Shown here piece after piece: positions 36,901 to 49,582 of a stretch of 64,000 nucleotides of DNA (positions are counted from its first letter, which is position 1; every line of letters begins with the position of its first letter). A program made the translations under genes and the position numbers. The notes below the pieces were generated by a model, which ran no database searches, was not told the DNA's origin, and was given only the letters and a program-made list of their open reading frames with translations. Source of the DNA: Toensbergia leucococca (Eukaryota); assembly GCA_022813965.1 (NCBI GenBank), contig JALDZS010000085.1, forward strand, positions 1 through 64,000, written 5' to 3'.

Positions 36901-39050
36901 CTTAGCCCGCATTTGGCTTGAAAAGACAGGATTTGATGATGAGGCCTACCTGAATAAGTCCGAAATGGGTGTATGGTTGATGCATGGTATTTTATGCCTG
37001 GTAATTGTACCCCCTTGATACAATATCGACCCCTTCTGACAGGAAATCTGGGTGATAGGACGATGAAGGCATCATAAGCAAAGACTTGAAAGAATTTACG
37101 TTCTATCAGCTGGACTTCAGGCAACTCTCTGTTGAAAGAATACAAGATCTTGCCAGCTATGCGCCGATTAAGGACACACCGCACTGGCACACGGGGCTGG
37201 CCTGGATCTTGATGGAAGGTGAGTACAATGAACCTTCAATCTCTCATTTTAAAAAGGCTTTGACGATGGAACCGAACGCCTGGCTGCCAAAAGAGGGGCT
37301 TGCTAGGATTTATGGAAGCCAAGGCATATACCCAGAGGCCATAAGGCTAATGCAGGAGGCCTATGAATCTCTTCCGAGTAATCTCAAATACCTCGGTGGA
37401 TTTCTGTTACCCCGGATTGCCGCGTGGAAAAGAGAAGTCGGAGACCGTGATGGAGCTTACGAAGCTGCACGCCAAGGTTATATTGCCGAGCCATCGAGTC
37501 CACTGGCTCAGAATCACTTCCTTAGAGCATTAGATGACGAGGGTTACTCAGATATAACTATTGAGTTGCTGAAATGTCTTGTAGATAACTTGTGGATAGA
37601 GACGTCAAGGTCATGGTTCACTGAACTACTCATGCAGCAATATCCCGTTTTTGTTTATATGGGGCGTGCGTTCCGGGCCGAGGGAAAGCCAGCATTTATC
37701 ATCGACGAGATGGATAAAACAATTAACATCGTCTCTAACTCGCAGGATGATTATCTAAAAATTCATCTTTATGGTCGGGTTGCGTTCTTCAAGTACGAGT
37801 ACAATGACCAAGTGGAACCTTCGATAAAGTTGCTTGAGCAAGCTTTGAAACTGATTTCTACTGGTAATATACTTACCAACGAACTAAAGAATTGGACCAA
37901 AAAATGGTATGGCAACGCTCTTGCTCAGCTTTACTTTGATTCTGCTGTTGCAGCCCGAAAAATTGGCATGAACGCCTGGCCGTTTACCAGCAAGCTCAAG
38001 AAAGTGGCAACAGTGACCAATACAACAACAAAAGACACAGAAGATGCATTCGATTTTTATGGCACCGGTTACGAGTCGATGTTATGGGGGTGTTGGCTCC
38101 GGGATTACGAGGCAGCCAAAGCGCCTGTTTGGCAAAAATGCTTCCGCGCTCGAGTCCTTGAAGAACTAGAACTACTTGACGATAATGACCCGACCAATGA
38201 TATGAAGGGCTTGCATACTCTAGCCATCACATTGCTCCACGTTAATGATAGCGTCAATGCTGCGGCAATTCTAGCAATTCTTTTCAAACCAGTAGAAAGT
38301 ATACGAGCAGCCTACGCCAAGGTGAAAGATGGAGAAGACGAAGGACTAGATGACATCGAGGATGAACGTACCAATTCAAACGCGGAGACTCACAAGAACG
38401 CCGTGCAAGCAGCAGAGCAGGACAGCGGAAGTAGTGATGATGGAAAGTGTCAGGAGAAGACTAAAGATTATGGAGACGAAGCCGAAGAGAGGATAGCTGC
38501 TGCAAAGCCAATCAAGCCCGGTAGAAGCTTAGTTGTTCCCAATGAAGAAGATTTACAAGAATTGGGGGACCGGTGGTCCCCCCTTGAATCGGGACGCCTT
38601 GCGCCATCAACAGAGGCCAGCGGTGAACCAACTTCCGTGAATGCCAATAGGACCATGGAATCACAAATACTCACCTTCGATCCCCTAGATGATCCTGAGC
38701 AAGGTGATCTAGTGCCGAATGACGAGCCCTTCACCACTGCCGATGGTCGACTGACACTCAGCTTATCTTCTAGCTGGATCCACGAGTGTGATGGACCATG
38801 CGACACTAGCTTTTGGAATTATGAAGAGCTCTACGTTTGCAAGATTTGCTTTGGCAAGAAGTTTTGCGGTGAATGCATCAAGTTGGTCAAGGCTGGGACG
38901 CTGGTTCGTCGCGACTGTTGTCCGGATCACGATTGGTATCAGGCTTGGCCAATTTCGGAGCCGAAATGGAAGGAAATAGCGGAAGAGGTGGATGGGCACC
39001 TTGTTATGCGGCCAGAGTGGCTTCAGAAGATTAGGGCGGAATGGCTTTGA
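33905..39050 (+). CDS. Fungal NLR: Goodbye-like N-terminus, NACHT NTPase, TPRs, C-terminal ZZ-like Cys cluster
   Basis: F..LWDNAFAGYEKETGRKL N-terminus; Walker A LWIFGGPGSGKS, Walker B ILVIDGLDE, GIFLWAQL; TPR-like helices; CDGPC...CKIC....FCGEC...CCPDHDW; about five introns. Confidence 0.9.
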
Positions 39051-39665
39051 GTGTTGTGGGCACAAAAGATGATTATGTATCCCGAAAGCCATGTCTTTAT
39101 GGGATTGGGGCCCTCTAGATAGTCGAGGAATTTTCACAGAGATGAATTCAGATATGAGGGAAGAAGGAGCATTTTATAGGAAGGGAAACACCTCAAGGAG
39201 AGCGAGGAGCGTAGAGAATCCCGGGGTTGGCCCCTTATTGATGTATCTTTAGACCACTATTTTCTCTCTCTCCTTTTCAAGTAATAAAACATTCTAACAT
39301 TCATACCAACCCTACTCATTCAAGAAGAAGCCCTGTCCTCAATCTAATCACCTTCTCAATTAACCCGCCGCCCCCTCAAAAGCCGTCATTGGACTCAACC
39401 CCAAAAACTCAAGACCTCTCAGTGATTGACAGAAAAGCCCTTGATGATTTTTCTTAATATTTATTGCTGTTATTGATGATGTGTGTATGTTCAATGATGA
39501 TTCATATATAGATGAGTGAGTGAAATGTTGATCAGAGAAAACTGAAAAGATTACTGACTGATGAAGAAGAGATGAAGAGACTGAAGATGAGAGTTTGTGC
39601 GCTGTTATACCATAGTTGATATAATGAGATCAAGGGGGGTAATTGAAGAAAGTGAAGAAGATATT

Positions 39666-39766
39666 TAGTATCGTTTTATTCTTGGGAAAAGATCGCTGTC
39701 AAGAGTGACGATAGATCACATTTTTTTTCATTATTGGGATGCTACGAGACTGCCTTACCAACCATG
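39666..39766 (+). repeat. ~98-bp dispersed direct repeat, copy 2
   Basis: About 3 substitutions and a longer T-run relative to 33491-33589. Confidence 0.95.
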
Positions 39767-40100
39767 AAGCGTATTAGACTAGGTAGGGCTACCAATTGAG
39801 GCTACGTATTAACAAGCTTGTGCCTGCAACGACCAGGCCCACTTCTTGCCCATTCGCAAGGCTGCGTTTCGGGTCAGCGAGGCTCACCCTTCCCTATGAA
39901 GTGAGATGTTCAAATACTCTGCGATTCCTGTTCTCACTCCTCTGCATAATAAGATGACCGGTGAAGATCATGGCGCCTTGGTGATTGGTGCATAAAGTAC
40001 TCGCGAAAGACAGCCTTCCCTGCTTTCGTTCTTTAACATACTACTTTGACCGACCGACAAAATACCTCCATTTTGTTTTGAAGATATATATTCATTTGCG

Positions 40101-43100
40101 ATGAGTGGAGCAGAATTGATTGCCGTCATCATCACTGCGGCTGAAGTCAGTAAAACTTTGAGCCGAATCGGCTTTGCATTTCGAAGGGCGCCAGAGGAGC
40201 TTCTCACTTTGGTCAACGAGGTCGAGGATTTCCGTGTCATCTTGCAGGAGCTTTCGAACATCACCATCATCATACACTCACATCAGTCCAGTATGTTCTA
40301 CCACTCTACAAACCGACGATTTATCTTAACTATCTCGTTGCACAGATCCGACTCATGAAGACTTCGCCACTGAACGTTTATCCCCATTACTTGACTCAGC
40401 CCGAGACTCTTTACAGGCTCTAGAACGGATTGTCATCGAAACGATCAGTGGAGAGGGTGAGGCAACGCCACCTGCCCTTCAAAGTGTTGTCTCTCGTGTG
40501 AAATGGATGAAGAACAGGAAACGAGTGGGCGTATTAACCAAGCACTTGAGAACCCTAAGAATGGATTTGATAGCTGCATTAGGGCTGATTCAGTCTTCGT
40601 GAGACTCTCAAGTCTACAGAGAGGCAGATTAGCCAACTAATGCACCGCAGAACTCTATTCAACACCGCACAGAGCCAGCTTCAAACTATAAACGCTCAAA
40701 ATCTAGCCCTTGAAAGTTCTTCTCAGCTCACTAATATTGAGAGCGTCATTCGTCAAATCAACAAAATCCGAGGCACAGAGAAGATAGAAGACATCGAGCA
40801 GATCTTAGCGTCCAAAGAGATTTTATCCCAAGTACAGTCTAGTAGGCTGAGCGAAATTCAAACTGATTCATATTCGATATCATACTTCAGAGGTCACCGG
40901 GAACATTGCAGTCTAGAGTGTGCGTGTTGCTGTCATCACAAGAGGTTTTATGCCACCCCGAGCCTGCTTCAAAGTACCGTTGGTCAAATAACAGCAGAAT
41001 TACAAAGACTCCCAAGGAAGGCATGTGATCAAATACACTGTACGTCCAATACTGCTTTTGGTGTTTCTATCAGATATACCTTTCCAAGCTGGTTCATGAT
41101 GAGGGGCATTTTTCTGGCCCTTAGGCATAACAGGAAAGTTGGACCGATATGTGTCCTTCGAATTCATCGTGTGATGAATCAAGATTCTGAAACATTTCGA
41201 CTCTGCTACGACGGAAACCTTGATAGACTCAAAGAGCTTTTTGCCACCGGGCAGGCCAGACCAAGTGATATAGACTCCAACTTTGACACACTACTTCACG
41301 TGAGATTCGGTTCCTAAGCAATGCAAGAGATATCTGTTGATCAATCTTACAGAAAGCGACCAGAGAGAACCAAGTCAAAATTTGCGAGTTCTTGCTTCAG
41401 AATGGTAGTGATGTCTATGATATCAACAATCGTAATAAGTAAAGGACTAGGACTACACGGCCATGTATAATTGGCTAATCCACCGTTAGATCAGCGGCGG
41501 ACCTAGCTTGGGACAGAATCATCTCAGATATCGCGGATCCCGCTATGAAACGTCTCTTTATCAATAGCGAAGATGTCCTACTAGAGCGTCAATTTTCTAA
41601 ATTACACTTCTCGGTCTTGGGCCTTATTAATCAGGGCTTAGAGCAAATACTGGAAGACAGCTCTGTCGAAGTCAATGTTGTCGATTGCAACTCTAGAAGT
41701 GCGCTGTATTGGGCTGTACGCAGAGCCGATATCACCAGCGCAAAGCTGCTTCTCCATTTCGGTGCTGATCCTAACGTTGGAGTAAGCGCAATCGCATGGT
41801 CCTGCAAAGATTCTTTCGTCACGCCCGAATGCCTTCAAGCGCTTTTGGACGCTGGTGCTAATGCTAACGGTTGGGACTCTTATTGTCATACAGCTCTCCA
41901 GGCATGCGGCATCTTTGGAAAGGATGCCAGTTTTATAAAACCTTTGGTTGCAGCTGGTGCTCAAGTTGATACCGTTTATGGAGGTGACGTAGTATCTCTT
42001 CATGGAGTGACAGCGTTAGGGTTTGCATGCTTGAATGCGCATCCTACCACTGTTGGCGTTCTTCTGAGCCAAGGAGCGGATATCGACTGGCAAGATTCCC
42101 GTGGCCGGACACCTTTGCACCTCGCACTCAGTCAGTCTTGGGACAGAATCACCGAGGAGAGGATCCTCGAAACAGTAGGCGTGCTTCTCAATTTTCACCC
42201 TGAAAAGAATGTTCGAGACCAACGTGGCTTTTCTCCTGGTAATCTAGCAATTCTAAATCAGAAAATTGACAGTCTTGCAGTTCTGATGGATTCTGGCAGC
42301 AACATCGTATATCCACCCAATCTGGGACCCTCCCAGAATGGATATTGTATGCTGGCTTGGCCCATTGAAAATCGATGGTACTCAGTCTCTACATTCTTGC
42401 TGGGACGTCGAGATGTGAATGTCTTCGACACACATCCAGAAACAAACGACACAATTTTACATCTTTTGGCAAAATATAGCGATCAAAGGTTCTTAGTTAC
42501 ATTCGAAGAGACTGTCGATTTGAGTAGACTTCATGCACAGGCCGTCAATTCCTCAGGTCTCACCCCTCTGGATTGTTTTGCCACGCGGAATAGGCCCTCC
42601 CAGACCCTTGAAAGAAGTTTCAATGACTTACTGCGTCGAATTGAAGAAGCGTCGTCGAAAGACACGGTATTAGACGAAATACATTTCCAGGAAGAAGCCT
42701 TCTGGGACGTGCTTGAGTACCCAACTACCATGACAGACGCAGCTATACCAATCTCAGTCGAGGAACTAAGTGTCGTTGAATCAGAACCGACAGTCAAAAG
42801 CAACGGGAGTAGTGATGATTTTGATGGAAGTAGCTGGCAAGATGCCATGCGACGCGACTTTAGCCTGCTTGGCCAGCCGAATCGCAAGGACGAAGACTCT
42901 GAGCAAGAACTAACGCTGATGGCATGGCAGAATCGGCATACCAGGCGTCGTGCAAGGAGAGTGAATTGTGCTTTTGATTCTGGCTATGCCTCTGCCGAGT
43001 CAGGACACACCACGGAAGATGAAGGAGAATTTACTAGCCCGAGTTTGCGTTCTCATTTTGCACAAGTACGATATTTAGCATTACGAACTAATCTCGAATT

Positions 43101-44641
43101 CTTGGTCCCGCTGACCTATGCGAAATGGCAAAAGGTATCAGTGTTTAGTCGCTTGTTAGGCCATGGAACGATTGAAATCATACTTGGTAATATCAAAATA
43201 CTCCTACTGGTGTTCGGCGTCTTTCTTTTCCTTGCCTTAACAGGATTGGAGGGATCGCCTTCGAACGTAAGTAGCCAAAAAGAGTGGGTTGAATCACCTA
43301 GGAATGCACATAACTATAAAAAGCTAGAGGAATACCCTTTAAACGTACACACCTCGAAAGAGTGGGAGATCTCACATTGGGACTGGGAGGAATCTGTTCG
43401 GGAAGTACAGTTGAAAGAGTGGCAAGCATCGCTTTGGAGAGTCCGTACGCCATCTGTAGACCACAAGCCGCAAGCCGAAGAGCCTTCATGCCAACCAAGG
43501 AGAACACCCTACAGATCAAAATACCCACGTTTGTTGTATCCAATAGCTGTCGCTGTGTTCTCTACCTTCTTCCTTACAGCAATCCTCCCTCCTCCGTTCC
43601 CAATACTATCCTCCTTCAAGAAATTTTGTGTGCGGCAGACTCGCCCGCGTGTTCCTAAAAACCATCGAAGGATTACCTGGATTTGCGTAAGTGGCTATCC
43701 CCTTCAGTGCTCCGAATCTCATTGACTAGGCGAAGGATTGTGGTAAAGAGATATATGGCGACTTTTCTACAACGAATCCATCCGATCTTGCAGATCTAAA
43801 CGACGCACTATCACAGACTTCATCCAGAAATGCCCAGGAAGAGACCACGCCTACTGTACCAGCGCAGGTATACCTAGCTTCTCAGCGATCCAACCCCGGT
43901 GGATCCGCTTCGCAATCGTCGCCATCGAAGTCTGACAATGCTGGCGTGAGCCAGGTCCTCCCCAGTCCTTCTAATGGACCACTAGTACCCAAATTCTTCG
44001 AGTTGTGTGTGAACACGGGTGAATTCTCCAAGACGCTTGGGGAAATTGACGTTACTCGAGTCACGAATGACATCAACCTTTTTCAATTGATTAGCAGAAA
44101 GTATTGCGACATCCGAGCTCACCGAATCAAAAAGCATTATCTCCTCAAGCCAATTGCTATGCAATTTGTTCACTTCTGCGTCGAAGATCGCCATCGGGTC
44201 AGCATACTCGCAAAAGATAGCTATCCTTTGGAACCAGACGTCAGCGCCAAACAATACCATTATAACCCCTGCCCCCCCAAACCCCCTCCGCCTATGCCCA
44301 GCGATGCCTTTATGCATCTCATGAAGTGCGCTCGTACCACCAATAATTCACCATGCAAGACCATCTGGTTTCATCGTTTACCAAAGAAACTGTACACGTC
44401 GATCACGCGATCCAGAGAAACCTTGCCTGAAGCTTGGGGCGTCCATATTGTTGAGGGCCCCGACACTGTCAACATCATTTGGACACTAATATGTGTGTTG
44501 ATTGTCTGTCTTGGGCCCGTGGTGGCTTATGTGGTAAAGACGAAAGACGTGTCGGGCGCTACTGGGATAGGGGGCGTGCTCGTCACAGTGTTGACGTTGC
44601 TTTGGATGGCTATGAAGATTCAGCAGTGGAAGGATGAATGA
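40101..44641 (+). CDS. HeLo-like N-terminal domain plus ankyrin repeats plus C-terminal membrane-associated domain
   Basis: N-terminus MSGAELIAVII..AP.EL..L.NEV.D...RVKWMKNRKR; C..ECACCCH; ankyrins RSALYWA, HTALQAC, VTALGFAC, GRTPLHLA, DTILHLLA; RITWIC/DCG; WGVHIVEGPD and two terminal TM helices; five introns restore one frame. Confidence 0.8.
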
Positions 44642-45629
44642 GGTTCAGGCGACTATGCTGTGAAGAATACTCAGCAGACAAGAGACTTCCAATTGTGCGT
44701 GGGTACCCGAGGTAGCAAGACTTGACCGTATGGAGATACCACTGACATGAGTACCTCTCTGAACGGACCGTCTGCCTACGATGACTCCGGATGGCTCGGA
44801 ATAGTGGACATCAACTGCATTCCCCACCCGGCCCACAATTCAACAACGAGAATGCAGACATGACAATCCGACTAGTTCCCAGCCCTCCACAACTGCGACT
44901 GCCAATTGGATCATAGTAACTGTTTGATCATCAAGCCGAAAAGCTGCTGTCGCGATTGAGCCCACTACAAACGATTCCGCCGAAGAAGACATGGAAACTC
45001 GGCAAGAAAAGACGAGAAAAATGGAAATGTAGGCTAGCGCGGGCGAAATGGGTTGAGGACTGTGAAGAAAAGGAAGTGATGAGGAAAGAGATGGATCGTC
45101 TGATGTTGATGAGCATGGGAGCTAGCTGGGCCTAGAACATGGGCCGCTGAACTGACTACTGTGTGATCTGGTATAAGATCACAGTCTTTTGATCCGTTCG
45201 TCGTCGACCAGTTCATCGGAACTCTCCCTCTTCTAAGCTGGAGTATTCTTATGATCGAGTTACGCCTTGTATGTTAGGACATATCAGAGTTTTGAATTGT
45301 AGAATCTATTTCAGGTAGTTAAGTTCTCTGAATTGGATGGAAGAAGGAGAGATCTGAGTTTGCGAAGGGGTTTTTGATCTTGTGTTGATAAATGTCACGG
45401 TTTGAACTGATCTAGCCAAATATGGCTAGACCATTTACCCCCATATAAGTGTCAGCTCCGTGTGTACCTTAACCCTCATAGCTAGTTTTCTGGCTAAACT
45501 GCATCAACAAGTCATCTTAGGGATCAAAGATCATTCCATGACAATAAAGTAAGAGAAGGAGAAGAAGAAGGAGAAGATCAAGGAGAACGCAAAACGTAGA
45601 ATGTAAAAAGGGCTGAATAAAAGACATGC

Positions 45630-46520
45630 GTTCTACAGACCACCCCCCTTTACAACCAAACCTGCACAATTCACCCAACCAATCTCTTCACTTTCCCTCA
45701 CTCCCCCCCTTGCGGAGAAAAGAAATCCCACCCTCACCTTTCCCTCCCCCCTTCAAAAACTCAACCTCAGACAATCCTCAATCCCCCATCCCTCATCCCT
45801 CCCCTCACCCCTCCCTTCACTCCCCCCCCCCCACCACCAAGAAAACCCCCTCACTCAATCTCAATCCTCAATCCTGCAATCCCCCCCTCATTCATCTCCC
45901 CCCTCCCCAACCATCTTTTCCTCAACTTCAAAAAAGTTCCCAAGATTTGTGCGCCTTCCCAAAAAAAATAAAAGATGATGATTTTATTCATTTCTTGTGT
46001 AAATGTGAGGGGTTAAGAAGAACATAATAAATACAGCACACTCAGCTAGTGTAACGATACCGGGACAGACTGCTCTCCTTTTTTGAGGTTGAGGGTTGAG
46101 GGTCGGGGAGAGAGAGAGAGGGAACACCCCACCCCCCCCACCCGCCCCCCAAAAATAAGGGTATCAAATCCTAGAGGCAGAGCCAAAAAAAAGGAGAAGA
46201 AAAATTTCAGAATTTTGAGAAAGGGGGCACAAGAGTGAAGAGGGAAGAGGGAAGACAAAAAAGCCTGCTCCACAAAATGGTGTCTTGAAAAGGTCGGAGG
46301 TCAAAGAAGGACAAGGAAAAAAAAGGAGAGACTCTTCTGCCCAAGACCCAAGCAAAGCTTCAGACAAAAGACATCGCTTCCCAATTTTTTGTATCGTAGT
46401 TGAACAACATACGTAGATACATACGAAGCGTAAGTAAAATATGCAACCAAACCCCCCCTCCGCACCGCGTACCAACAAAGTCCCTCCCTCGATTTCTTTT
46501 GGAACACATCCCCAGCCCCC
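45630..46520. repeat. Low-complexity C-rich then G/A-rich intergenic tract
   Basis: Homopolymer runs of C, A and G downstream of MVP1. Confidence 0.7.
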
Positions 46521-46529
46521 CTCCTCCCA

Positions 46530-49035
46530 CTATTCCCCCAAAGGCATACTCTCAACCTCCTCACTCAACGCCCTCCAATTATCCGCCTGCAACTCGGCAT
46601 ACTTGACCCGCTCCTGACTCCAATCCTGATGCAGCTTGCTAACTTGATATTGCGACCCCTGGAAAAAGACGAGTTCGTCGCGGATGCATTCCCGGATGAA
46701 AACGCCGCGCGCGTGTTGGTTCACGATGGATTGTTTGTCCTGCCACGAGAGACAATAAGTTTTCAATGATGAGTGGAATTTAGATTTGGTTGGATGTGGA
46801 AGCAGTAGGTGAATTGGGCTTTGGGAATTGGGAATGGGGGGTTTGCTCTTACGCTGATGATTGATTGCTCGAGCTTCTCCATCTCACCAGGCTTGACGTC
46901 AGGGCGTCCTCTCAGGCCGGCTAGTTTGACCTCGCTGCTTTCGATCCTTCGTTCCAGTTGCGGGATGTTGTTCTTTGCGTATCGATCGCGGCGGTCAAAC
47001 AAATCCCGCACGCCAACGAGTGTATCTCGCTGCCGCTTGAAATCCTCGAGCACACCTTCATCCCACGCCCTCGCTTCGTCTTCAAGGAGGTTTTGGCTGG
47101 TGGAGAGATGCTTTGCTGTCGAACCGATACCTTCGTTGAGTAATGGCACGTCATTCGTATCCGTAGCGTACGTGCTCTCCGACTCTTCCGTCAAAGCAGT
47201 CAAAGCAAGAGAGAAACGGAGATGGTCGGCAGCAACACCCAGATTTCGTTTTGCCAAGCGCTCGAGAAGGCTGCACAGATTGATATAAGCATCTGCGGAT
47301 TTTCGAACGCCGGCACGGACAGTGTCAAAAATGTCTGCAAGATTAGTAGGGAGCGAGTCTTCGAGGCCTGGGGGAAGCAATTTGCCGGTGAACTCTTCTT
47401 GGACTGAGATCGTAGCCTGCTTCCGCCATACCGCGAGCTCCTGATGCTAATCATGAGCACATGCAGTTGGAAAGCGGTATGATTGAACTTACTGTGGGTA
47501 CGGTCAAGAACATCACGACGAGTTGTTCTTGGCTTAAGACAGGATGTCTGACAAGCGCATTGGCAAATCTGGTAAGACCTCGTCTACGCTTCTCGATAAA
47601 GGTGATGTCCGCAGACAAATGCCTTCCATTCACTATTCTCATCAAGTTCCATTAGTTCTGAATCCATACATGGAAGGCAAAAGGAAGTGTCAGCTTACCA
47701 GCGACCCTTTTTGGAGGTAATAATGGCAATTGTCGGAAAGGATATCTTTTGTGCAAGCAATCGAGAAGCCAGACGAAATCACTATATCTACGAACTACAG
47801 TACTTGCCCTCCTCGCGCTTTTGACTTCATAATTTCGGTGCTGAAACAGAAACATGCCCTCTTTATCAGGGAGTGTTGTAATTGTAACGGTTTCTTCAAC
47901 TCCGCGACTGACATTTCGATTCCCACCGACGGACCTTCCCAAGGCACCTCCATTAGGATTACCTTGATCACCACCGTTGGACCCAAAGCCGTCAGCGCCC
48001 GACTCTGGCTGACCCGCAGTTGGATAATCATTGCTAGGATTCCCATATGAGCCCCAGCCGCCACCGCTTCCGTCGGCTGGAGCATCTCCAGCCGAATCGT
48101 CACCTCCTAGGGTCGATGACGTGGTCGTAGGATCCTCTGAATGCGTAGTAAAAGCACTTGTAGTCCTTGCGGAGCCTTTGAGCCCATTGACCAAGGGTCT
48201 TACCGCTGTAATGTCATTTGAACCTGGAGTAGACTCATTGTTGACAGTATGCGTATGACCTTTGTGCAAGGCTGGGCTGGCCCAAGGGTCTGCATCCAGG
48301 TTCTCTAGCGAATCCTTCCGTAGTCGCCGTGACTTTGGCGGCGAGACGGTCGGAGATGGTCCCTTCGGTGAGGGTGTAGCAGCTCTTGATCGAGGAGATG
48401 CTTCTTCCAAATTGTCCGAGACCTTTGCGTTCTTCAATTGCTTGATATGGGACAATTTAGGCTCGGGAAGGTCTGTAAATTTTTAGCACTTGCCGAAAAT
48501 GATCCAATTGTACAAGCTAGAAATCCTCACTTCTCCGCCGTTCGTCTACTCCGTCCAAGGTAGCCTCTTCCTTTTCCTGAGAGAGACCTATAAGAGCCAG
48601 CAAGACATTGAACTCACTACGTCCCAGTCCATCTCCTTGCTCTTGGCCACCAGGTGTAACGAGTTTTAGGATTCTATCTTGCTCGGCAGCTTGCAGGTTA
48701 CAGCCCTCGAATATTTTCTTTACGCCCAATAGACCCACTCCTGATCCAGCCCTGTCTCCTGAGTCTAGCAGAGTGTCGAAGGCATCAATGTAGGTCTCGG
48801 GAACGTCGGATGCTGGGAGCAGGGTCTTGACAAGATCACTCCTTGCAGCTTTCTTGGGTGTGGGCAGGCTCCATGGAGAAGCTCCATTGTTGTCGGCGTT
48901 GTCGTCAAAGAGAGATGCGCCGGATTTTGCACCAAGAGTAGGCTCGTCGTCGAACAGCGACTTCTGTTGCGAGTGGGATTGGGGCGGTGCAGAGCCCGAT
49001 TGCGAGCCGTCGGGGGAGCTTCCAAACAATGACAT
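46530..49035 (-). CDS. MVP1: Sorting nexin Mvp1 (PX-BAR)
   Basis: MSLFG start; EFNVLLALIGL.QE; PX KEGMFLFQHRNY..VVRRYSDFVWLLDCLHKRYPFRQLPLLPPKR; IEKRRRGL.RF; BAR region; four introns. Confidence 0.95.
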
Positions 49036-49582
49036 GGTTCAGCAGTACTTGCACGTAGGGTTTTGATTTGGATGGCCAGGAACGAGCAGAGCAGAAGAAC
49101 AGTTTCAAAGACACACTTTCAGAAGATAGAAGTACAGATATCTATAGCAAATGGCTCTTGGTCTTGAAGACGCGGTTGATGACGAGTAATACAGCTTCGA
49201 ATCGTATCACACTGCCTCCCTACCTTTTGGACTGGACATTTTGGACTTCTGGTCCACCGTACCGACACCACCGATAATCGATGACGTAGTGGTCACTCGA
49301 GTTCAATATACACACCTCCTGCTCAAGTCTCTCTTCTAGATAATGACGTGAAAATCCGTGTATTGATAGACAGCTACGTGCTCGGAACAAGACCGACATG
49401 AGCCAATTCTGCTGGTCAGAGCCGATAACAAGATATGCACCACTTCCCGCCCCAAAGCCCTTGATCCCAGATCGCTATGCAATAATAGATGCCGACAGCA
49501 CATCACGCTCTATATTCATTGAATATCCTCAAACACTAAGCAGTCCTGAGCTCATCCACCGACGCCTCGAAAAATGAAGAGA

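Noticed and set aside
44830..45240. Possible small gene fragment after the ankyrin gene
   Set aside because: Could not build a consistent start/splice model
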